A stretch of 64,000 nucleotides of DNA. Source: Schizochytrium sp. TIO01 (taxonomy: Eukaryota > Protista > Bigyra: Labyrinthulomycetes). The position numbers and the translations under genes were made by a program. This document shows, piece after piece, positions 53,947 to 64,000 of the stretch. The first letter of the stretch is position 1; every line of letters starts with the position of its first letter. The notes beneath the pieces were generated by a model that saw only the letters and a program-made list of their open reading frames with translations, did not search any database and was not told the origin of the DNA. The DNA is taken from positions 2,294,001 to 2,358,000 of the forward strand of contig SMSO01000034.1 in the NCBI GenBank assembly GCA_004764695.1, given 5' to 3'.

Positions 53947-55468
53947 TCAATTGTGTCTTTGCATTACCTTTTGCCGACGTTGCGACCTCCTTCTACAATA
54001 CCCCCCAACCTGTCTACTATCGCCTTTCCCAAGGGGACACTCTGTGAGTTATATTCCCTGACGCTTTCTGCCCATACCTCCGTCTCAGACCCCCTTCAGA
54101 TTTTTGCGCAACCCTTTTCTCCTCTCAAGTTTGAGTAACCGGTGTTTCCCCGGCGGATTCTATATATAGTAATTAACTTTACCTTCGGATTCACGGGCTA
54201 ATGAGGTGTGCTCCATAAAGTGCCGGTGCTTCCGAGACCGAGGATATCATGGGAAAAGCCATGGGGTCAATCTCAGCCAAATTCTTTTTTTTTCTTTCTT
54301 TCTGCACTTATTTATCTCTTGTAAATAGTTTTTTCTTTCTCGAAAGGCCAAAAACAAAGTGAGCTTTTGAAGGAAGAAAGAAGAGGAAAGAGAGAGCTTT
54401 CTTTCTCATGATTAGGTAAAAAAAGAGAGGTAACAAAAACAATTGATTGACTTTTCAAAGGAAGTTCTTCCATTTTCCAAAGTTCATTATGGATGTCATT
54501 CTCTGCTAATAGTTTACGAAGTTTGTTGGCACAATCGGCGACAGCATATCGCAGACCAAACCCTGTGGAACTCGCTGAAAAGCTTGCGAAAGACTGCCAT
54601 TTTGCTGGGACCGCACCTCCTGAGTGCCCTGCATCTATCCCGCATCTTGTCGTCCCGCCACCCGCCTTGGGTCAAGCTCCGCAAGCCCGTTCCTGTCGCG
54701 TTTCTTCGTGAGCATTCCACAGAAAGGAGCAAATCATCACATATATATTATATACCTTATAAGGGAGAACCCTTTTCATCGTCCAATTGAAGTGTTCTTG
54801 TAAGAAAGGCATTCATTCATTGCACCAAATTCCTCCAAAACCCAACTTACTTTCTCACTTCAAGTCATGAACCAACCCATCGATGGTGCTTGGAACCCAA
54901 AGCCAAGACGCCAATCGTGGTTGGTCTTCAGGTTCCACAGAATCTCCGTCCAATCCCGTCCCTTTCCCTTGCATGCTCATTCCTGAGGTTCGAGCTCCCT
55001 TCTCATCAATCACTCAATCAGTGATAGCTCTTCACTCGTTCTGAGCGCGAAAAGAACGACTTTAGAACGACGCGTACGCCGCCTTACTAGCTAGCTAGCA
55101 GTTCCCCTTAGGTGGCGGTATAATAGTGATAACAAGACAAGCAAACAAAGTGCAATAGGACTGCTTAGCACCATCTAAGGTACGTACATTTGTCACCTTC
55201 TTCGTCTAAAAACAATTCGCGCCCACATTAAAACTTTTGTTTGACCAGATTTTCAAATTAATTTACATTAAGTTAACAACTCAAAAAACACCTTTTATGC
55301 CAACCGAAAAGAAAATAAAAGCCTGTCCACTGTCGGCCTACCCCCCGCTTACCGACTGCTAGTGCCTGGGCACCTCTCACTGAAAGCAGAAGCTTCGAAC
55401 ATTGCCCACTGTTTCTAGATTCTTTAGGACAGAAAGAAAAGAAAAGGAAAGGAAATCCCTTTCGTTCG

Positions 55469-55616
55469 CAAACAAACAAACAAACAAACAAACAAACAAA
55501 CAAACAAACAAACAAACAAACAAACAAACAAACAAACAAACAAACAAACAAACAAACAAACAAACAAACAAACAAACAAACAAACAAACAAACAAACAAA
55601 CAAACAAACAAACAAA
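55469..55616. repeat. (CAAA)n microsatellite, 37 perfect units
   Basis: Read directly from the sequence. Confidence 0.98.
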
Positions 55617-57651
55617 CAGACAAACAAAGAAAGGGAAAAAGAACACTATGGCGGGTAAGTATTTTACTAAGCGCACTTCCCCTTTTAACTTGGAAAAAAC
55701 ATACCGTCGTCGTTCTCCTACAAAAAAGGAGCGCTTTATTCTGTTTATACTTTAAAATAAAAAACAGAACAGCACACATACATTACAGTACATAAATAAA
55801 TACATACATACATTCATTCAAACATTTCATATATAATATAAACACATTCATTCATAAATACATTCATACATGTGCAATTCATACACGTAACAAAGAGGGG
55901 CTTCGGCGCCATTGTCCACTGCCGCGAGCGTGTCTAGCTAGATGCGAAACTGCATCTACCACCGCCTCGCGCGTCCGCAGAGCCTCCGCCTCCTCCTCAT
56001 CATCATCATCCTCCCTCCGCCAGCTTCCTCTGCGTCTCCTGCGGCGGCGAAGGCGCTCTGAGTCGCTGAGTTTGATTGATTCTTCAGGTTCACGTTTGTT
56101 CGAAGGTTCATGGCTTTTCATGATTTATCTCATTCTTCGCCGCTAAGTTCTCGACTAGCACCCATCTACCACTTACTGTAGCAGTGCCCACATTCGCTGT
56201 CTCTACCGTGCGTAGCCGTAGATAGGGTTTACTATAGGACCCCAGCGGAACTGGGAGATGGAGTTTAGGACGGTACTAAAATAGTTTAGGACACACGGAG
56301 ATCGAGCGCACGTGAATAGATTTAGATGCGCAGGGATCGAAGAGGGCCTCGCGGGAGATGATAAACCTGGGGGAAAGCTGGCTATCACGGAGTGGAGGGC
56401 TGTTGCGTGCCACGACAGGTCGCGGATATGGTTTAGCTGCTACGAATGGCAAACGCCTTCGCTCGCAAGGAGCAATCTTGGCAAGGACCCGTTCTACCGT
56501 TCCCTCTATCGTTCCCCGCGTTACCTGCATAATTGTCCCTTTCACACCGTTCCACTAACGTTCTAACGTTCTTTTCTCTTGCCTGCCCGCGCATGAACAG
56601 AGAGAGTGCGCAAGAAGGGAACGGAAGAACACCTACCTATACATACGCACTAGAACCCCTCTATGTAGTTCTCCAAATTTTCTGATCTCAAAAGAACATA
56701 CTCAGACACCTCCGTTCTTTACCCAATGGAAAAACTTCTTCTCCTTGATTAATCAATCAATTAAGTAATTTTAATTAAAAAAGTAAATATATATGTATTT
56801 AAAAATAAATAAATTAAAAAGTCGTTTATTTGCTCCTTTCTATTTTGTTTTAGCTAAAATGTTATAATGACTTTAAAAGCCCAAAGCAGGTAGCTACGTA
56901 CCTACTTACTTATAAAGCCACAGACTACGAGTATTGCTCCTGCTCGAAACTGAGCTTTTCTCCCTCGATTCCGCCCCTTCGCTGTAGACCTCGGATTTCA
57001 GGGTCTAAGCCGCCTCTCTCCGCTCCGCACGAGATTTGAGGAGGCTTTGAGAGCGTCTCTTCGACGACACCAATTGGATTCACGGTGTTCGCTGTCTCCG
57101 TTTGCGCTTGATTTCTTATACCTCAATCATTAGACGTGTGAATGAATGAGTGAGTGAGTGAGTTTTTGGAGTAAGTGAGTCATTATGGCAATTTATAGAA
57201 GTAGAGGGGTTCCTACGCGGTACGTGGTAATGTAAACTCGTTCTTTCTTCCTGTTGACTTTTTCTTTTTAGGTTGGAAGAGAAAGACCCTTATGATGAGT
57301 AAATTCGTATTGATAGATAGATAGATTGATTGATTGATTGATTGACGGATTTGTTGTCTTTATTCCAAGTCCAAAGCTGTTATTTATCAATTTAACCAAT
57401 GTTGTTGTCAGACGAGCAGAGAGAGCAAAGCGGTGAATTGAATTGACTTTGCTTTCCGGATTCTGCTGCTTATTTACTCTTCCCAGTACAAGGAGAAAGA
57501 GTGAGCGCTTCGTTGATAAGTCGTTGCGGATTGGCTTTGAAAGTTGGGAATACTACAGAATACAGCTGAGTTTAACTTCTTTTCCTTTCCCTTCCCTTCT
57601 CTATTCATTATAATCTGCTTTTAATTTAAACTTTTTAAAAGCAATGGAATG

Positions 57652-57683
57652 AGAAGAAGAAGAAGAAGAAGAAGAAGAAGAAG
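57652..57683. repeat. (GAA)n microsatellite
   Basis: Read directly from the sequence. Confidence 0.9.
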
Positions 57684-59467
57684 AGAAAGTGCATCGACAC
57701 TTTTTGAGATGACGATGGACTGGAAAAGAATCGATTTATGAGAGAAAGGGCCAAATGAGATGCAGCAACAAGAGACCAAGATTTCCTGCCTGTTTCAAGA
57801 AGACCCAGTCATGTGGCGTTCAGGCCTGAGTGCGATTGGGCTCATGAAGCTTGGGCTCGTTTGCGAGGGTCTGCCAACAGGCGGCTTCCAGCTCCTCGCG
57901 ATCCCGGTTGGACGCTATAGGCCAAGAAAACAGACAAAGATCTCATCGTCTTCGGCGTCATCATCGTCGTAATTTCCAAACCCCTTCTTTCTTTCCATCC
58001 CCTTTCATCCCATTCTCAGTTTTGTTAACTTTAAAATATTTTTATATATTAAAAATAAAACGTTTTTAAACGAATCCTCAAGAAATAAAAGAACGACTCG
58101 AAACAAACAAAGAAAGCCAAAGAAGAAGAGAAAAATTCCAGGAAAAGCACAAAGTACACAATTCAAGAATCCATCAATCTCAGGATTCCAATCCCGCCGA
58201 GACAAACGTATCCCAAAGCGTCACGTTTACCCGTCGATGTGTTCCCCAACAACGGGGTACGTCTTTGCTCCTGCAGCCCTCCTCTTCTGCGACGAGTAAA
58301 CTACATAAGCAGATACATACGTATTCACATTCGTACACATTCCATGCAAACAAATCTATCTGATCATCAATCATCGTAGGTACGGTTTGATAATGTCGGC
58401 AGAATCCCATCTGAACCAGAACGAAAACACCCAAACAAACAATCAATCAATCAAACAATCAATCAAACAATCTACCAAACAACCAAACAAAACAACCTTC
58501 AAGACGTGGCCACGACCACAGACCAGTGCTCGAGCGCCCTGAGAAGGAACACGAACCACCGATTTATCAGTTCATCGATCCATCAATTCACCAAATCATC
58601 GATTCATTCATCAATTCCAAAGTGAAGTGAAGTTCAGGCCAGGCCGACTCCCTAAGCATCACCTACCCAAAAACCTAGCCAGTACCACGTCCAAGGGTGC
58701 CGGCGCAGCTCAGGCGCGCCTCCTGCGCTCAGTGAGCAAGACACAAGTTTGGCCTGAGCTCGCTCTCCAGCCAGCCAGCGAGCGGTCCCGCGGCGGCAGG
58801 GCTGGGCAGGGTGGCTGGATGGATGGCTAGCCGGTGGGGAGGCACGGCGGAGGAGCAGGGCTGGGTCCAAAGGGCTGGGCCTGCACGTCCCCGGGCGTGT
58901 CCGTCTCTGGCTGCGAAGGTTTGTTGTTGCTGTTGCTGCTTTCTTGAGATCTTAAGATTTTGGCTTTTGGGGTCTTTTTTTTTGTTTTTCGTGGGAAGAG
59001 TAAGAGTGCTTTTAATATGTGTGTATGTATTACATATTATTGTTAGAATTAGAATTAAATGATAGTTGAAAAGAATTGATTAGTTTTGTTTACTAAAGAC
59101 TGCGACTTTTCATTTATTGCAACACTGATAATAAAATCTGATGAGTCGTTCATTCCTTATTGATTTGTTTTTTGTTTTGTTTTTTTCCAAATAGAAATAA
59201 GTTAACAAAGTTGGACATGAGAGAAAGAAGCGGTCTCTTGCTTGGCTTTTGTTTCCCTTGTGCCGTTGCTGCTGCTGCTGCTGCTCTAAGCACGTTCAGG
59301 AAAGGCCCTCCTCGCGGGCAGGAGGAGCTGTGGAGAGGCCAGAGCCCCCCTCGCAGAGCAGCACGAACAGCGCCTCAGCGAAGGTCTGGAGCTTTCGGGT
59401 GCTGTGGAAGCTGCTTTTTCCAAGTTTTTACTCCCAACTTGGACAAACGATATTCATTTATTTGCTC

Positions 59468-59468
<1 letters not shown>

Positions 59469-59501
<33 letters not shown>
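59469..59501. repeat. (GAAA)n microsatellite
   Basis: Read directly from the sequence. Confidence 0.9.
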
Positions 59502-59502
<1 letters not shown>

Positions 59503-60339
59503 AGAGGAAGAAAGAAAAGCAGAAAGAGACTTTTCAAGTTTCTCGAATTCAGAGTCTCCAAAGTTCAATTTATTCATTTCAAATTTGAATTTCAAAATAA
59601 ATAAATCGCCTTTTTGCGGAGTTTGCGCAACGCATTCGTGCTTTCGAAACTAAATAAATTCAAATATTCAAATCCCGCCAAGTCTCCAACGTTCGCGCCA
59701 AATCAGCATCTCTGGCCGGCGCCGGCACGAGCAGGCGGGACCGCGGCGAGGCAGGCGCCGCGAGGTGCGTCCCGTGGCGCTCGCTACCCAGCCTCCCTCC
59801 GTCCATACTCTTCGTTTCGCCCGGGCGTCGTACCGGGACGAATCTCGCGCGGGTTCTCGTGAACCCGAACTCCGGAATGCTTGCTTCTGCTATCGATCTA
59901 TGTACAGGATTCGCTCTCCTTGGCCATGATCATGATGATGAGGTGATCCCAAAACGACTCCAACCGGCCCGTCGAACTCGGTCGGCACGGACTCTCTCCC
60001 TCTCTCTCTCTCTCTGGCCACGCGGGAGCCGTCATCTTCCCTTCGCCGCGCCCAAGGTGGCGGCCGATGGAGGTATCTCGTGGATTTTCAAATTCGCAAT
60101 GCTCGAAGAAGAGCTAGCTAGCTGCTTGTGCTGCTGGAAAACGACTTGGACAGAGGGACTCTTTCGCTTTCAGGTCTACTAAAAGGCATCATCGGTCTAT
60201 CTGTATCTAGCTGGAGCTGCAGGCAGAAAAGACTGCGCTAATTAAAATACGCGCCACTTCTGAACGGCGTCCGAAAAGGAGTCGCGAGGCGACGTCATCG
60301 CAGGGCTCAGGAGTCCGAAGAAGAGGATGAGGATCGGGC

Positions 60340-60407
60340 CGTGGTGGCGGCGGTGGTGATGGTGGTGATGGTGATGATGGTGATGATGGTGGTGGTGGTG
60401 ATGATGA
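60340..60407. repeat. Mixed (GGT/GAT)n trinucleotide repeat
   Basis: Read directly from the sequence; gives poly-His on the - strand of a non-ATG ORF. Confidence 0.85.
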
Positions 60408-63400
60408 AAGCGATCATTTGTTTCGGGAGATGCGCCCTTGCGGAGCAGACATTGGGGAGCAGAAGCAGTACTCGAGGCCCTGGGAGTTTCTCGTGACGAT
60501 CTTGGAGCCAAAGGCGCCGCCGCGGTCGAATCCTGCACCCCGCCGTGACTGACAAATTGATACAGACCTAGAAGATCATCACCTGGGAGAGAGGGACCAG
60601 AACTTGGGGCCCCTCGAGTTCAAGCGTTTTGACAAGTCTTGGGCCACTTGTGATGCCCTCCTTCAGCACAGGCTATTTTTTTGGTGCTCTTTTGTGGATT
60701 TTTCTGCCTTATTTCTTTTCGATTTCCCCTTCTTGAGAAAGAGAAAAAAAACCTTTCTTTCTCACGTCCTTTTCCGGAGATCATGAGATCTGTTCTGGTT
60801 GCTGGTGGAGTTGAGGGGTGATGAATCGATGAATGAACTAGATAGATACCAAGGTACTGTAACGAGTGCGGTTGCTCGGGAGGCGAGTTTTTTCTCTGGA
60901 GGAATCTGTGCGAGCGTGCGAGCGATTGATGACCCAATCGGGCAAACTGAGTACCTACTGGGTACTAGGTAGGTGTTATACATACCCATATATGAAGGGA
61001 TTGTGTGGGATCGTTTGAATGTGCGGAGGCCGCGAAGAAGCACACGCTGGCCGGGGATCTGCGCTGCACGCTCGATCGCTGCCGCCACACACACAATCAA
61101 GCTGAGGCGTGCGAACCACAGGTCACTTGGATCAAGTGACCGCAACTGCCAGTACCTTTGGTAGAATCAACAGGCTACCTAGAAGAAGGAGGGGAACCTG
61201 CATAATAGTCTTTGCTGAAGACTCCAATTCCGAGGCCTTTCTGCGACGTAATACTATTATCATTTGATGAACGCTTCTAGCTCGTCGCCGCCGCCGTAAC
61301 CCCCAAGAGGGACCATGATTTTGTTGACCATGGTGACGACGACGGCAAGAGCGATCATGGAGATCTCCTATATCTATTCAAGTATGAAAAAATGGACTGT
61401 CATTCTTTTATCATCGGCTAATATTACTAATAGGAACTATAGGAACATCATCAGCAAGGTTCGAATTTGGTGCGGATCTCTTCATCTTGAAGCTCGAAGA
61501 AGAAGTATGCCCCCCGCATTTTCCACATTCAAGTTATATCCTTTTCTTCATCACTGCTACTAGCCGAGATCACAATTATTCATTGCTGCACTGTTCACTT
61601 TCAGAACTTGAATACGCCAGCGTGCATTCAATCTTCTTTTAGGAATGAATCCACCATAAGAAAAGCGCCAGCGGACTTCGCCTCCGCGCGCTGCTAATAT
61701 GGATCACGATACTACTCCCCCTCCCTCCACGTACTAGACTACAATATTACATACAATCTTGCAACCAACCCTCTATTCTCCGCACAGCTTTATCAGAACC
61801 TCGTGAGCAAGATCAGATTACTTGTACAGGTATCATCTTAAGTTGCGGCACGTGTCGCAGGTCCAGTCGCCGCGGCATACAAACTCGAGAGTATGTTCCG
61901 GCACCGCTGCACGCGTGGGATACCTACCCCCTTCGCCAGCTGCACTTAAGATTACAGCCGGCACGTTTGCCCAAATAAAACGAGAACCTCTGGGTCTACT
62001 CCGCCGTCACGTCTATCCCAAACAATCCTCGCAAGTTAAACTCCGGTCCGAACCGAAGCAAACTCGCTCGCTCACTCGCTCGCTTGCTGCGTTTACTTCT
62101 AACACCCAAATCCATTGATCTCCTACTACTACTGCTTCAACCCGAACTTCTGCGGCAGCGAAGGCGGTGCACACCCAGGTCGCTAGTCGTGTGCTATTGT
62201 TTCGCCTACCTGGTGGCAGCCATTTCGTGGCGTCTTTCTTGGTCACGATGATCTTGCTTCAAGACCAGAACTGACTTTGCAGGCTCAATGGCGGCGACTT
62301 CGCTTTTTCGCAGCTGGATGACTGGCTGGCGGGCCGCCCCCGCTGGCAGAAGAGCTGGCTACCTGCCTGGCTGGCTGGCTGGAGGAGTGTGCAGAAAGCA
62401 CAGCTTGAGGAGGAGGCGGGCAGAGCTGGCGCCGCTGCACGTGGGCAGGTGCCGGTTCCGGGAAGAAGAGAGGTCCGCCTTTTAAGCTTTGAAAGCTTTC
62501 TCTCTCTTTCCTTTCTCTTTTTTCTCTCCTTTCTCTCTCTTCCTGAAACTTCTCCTTTTCTCAAGTCCAAGTTCCTTACGCTGTTCTTTTATTTCTTTCT
62601 TTTCTTTTCTTTTCTTTTTTCTTTAAAGCTTTAAAGTTAATTTAAAAAAAAAAACACGTGTTTTAGCCCTTTTCTATGTATTTTATTTTAACTTTTAAAA
62701 ACAACTTTCAAATTTTAAAACTAATTAATCTGTATATGGAAAGAACGTTCTCATATTATCAGAACGTGTACTATTACAGTTCCCTCACTGTTCCGCCGCG
62801 GCGCCTTAAGAGGAAAAGAATGAGAGGGTTCAGCGGCACTTGAAGAACTTCTTATAGTTTAAGATAGCAGGATTCCTACATAACCTCGTTTTAGGAAATT
62901 GCGTTGCGCAGACTCTCCGCTGGAGATAGTACCTAGGTACATTCATAAGAATTGGTTATTCACAGTAGGGGCTCTTCCTTGTTGTTGGGCGTTTTCGAAT
63001 GGAGGGCTCACTTAGGTTGAACTTCAAGTTGGATTTGGAGGACTTGAATCTTTGGGACTACCTTACCTGATAATTGTAGACTGTTTATTTGACTGTTTGG
63101 TTGTTGATTTGCTAGGCATTTCTGTTCATCACAAGTTGGTGGCTCGAATGTACTTTCTCGCCTCTGCCGGGATACTCTGGGTTCTCCAGGTTCTCCAGGT
63201 TCTTCATTCTTATTCATCATGAGGAATATCAGTGAAACCAATGCTACCTTTTAATTTTGAAGTACGAGGTGTCTGCAAAAGGTCTAAGCAGACAATTGAA
63301 TGCTCTCTTTTGTTCTTCTCTTACAAACCCCGCTTGGTGGAGCACGTTGTTCAATTTTTTGTTTAGCTGTCAAAATAACTGCAAAGAGATGCTTATTCTT

Positions 63401-64000
63401 CTGCTGGTCGACCTAAGGGAGAAGAAAGAGCCTGTATTAGAGCACCCTCAGGTTTGCAGGATGGTTTTCGATGGTTTTTAGAAAGATAGAAACTAGTCAG
63501 AAATAGCAATCGCTTGGTTCCCATACGCACTAGTCGTTGTAAAGATAAATGCTATCTAAATGCTACAATTCACTATGACGTGTAATATGGTTGATTAATA
63601 GGATCAGGTTACTTGTAGCGAGCTCAGAATTCTTTAGCTCCCGTGTTGTTTGGGGAAACGCATAGCTGCTCTTCTGAACATTGGCTGTAAAATCACATAC
63701 ATCTGTGTAAAGAAGAATGCTCGGAAGGGGTGGATCAAGCTCTATCGGCGAGAGATAGACATGCAACAGCAAAAAAATTAACGAGGAAGTCTGACCTTTC
63801 ATTCTGCCATAGAAAGGTCAGGTTCAAGAAGATGTTCATTATACAATGAGTGCAATTGAAGTTATCAACTCTCATCGATGTGCTTGCTTTCTGACTCAAC
63901 CAATAGCAAGAGCGTTAAACACCGCAAAAGGGACTACCAAAAATAGCCCAAAATGGCATAATAAGAACTGTTTACAAAATGAAAGGTAGAGCAATGCTAC

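Noticed and set aside
55273-55779. ORFs with FVCL/NKQT repeats
   Set aside because: Translations of the (CAAA)n microsatellite.
60242-60555. Poly-His ORF (metal-binding peptide?)
   Set aside because: Non-ATG start; the His run is a trinucleotide microsatellite with no other coding signal.

Overview
Eukaryotic, essentially intron-free, microsatellite-rich protist DNA. Gene style, codon usage, APT-type linkers and stramenopile-type C3H repeats suggest a thraustochytrid/labyrinthulomycete (inference). The first 52 kb holds 12 single-exon genes: GPC1-type acyltransferase, an orphan, Snf7/CHMP4, a C3H zinc-finger repeat protein, a TPPP/p25alpha protein with an inserted WW domain, COQ5, a membrane-anchored ExeM/NucH-type nuclease divergent from a GPI-type 5'-nucleotidase and a DMT transporter, a 4466-aa C2/EF-hand/IQ/ankyrin giant, RNA polymerase I subunit RPA2, and a histidine-phosphatase/IP6K fusion. 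The last ~12 kb has no recognisable gene, only microsatellites and a strongly base-paired element near 53.7-53.95 kb. The best leads are (i) a candidate clustered cell-surface extracellular-DNA/nucleotide scavenging system resembling bacterial exeM/xds + ushA, and (ii) an IP6K fused to a branch-1 histidine phosphatase, an architecture convergent on PPIP5K/Vip1. All family calls come from motif recognition by eye; no database searches were run.
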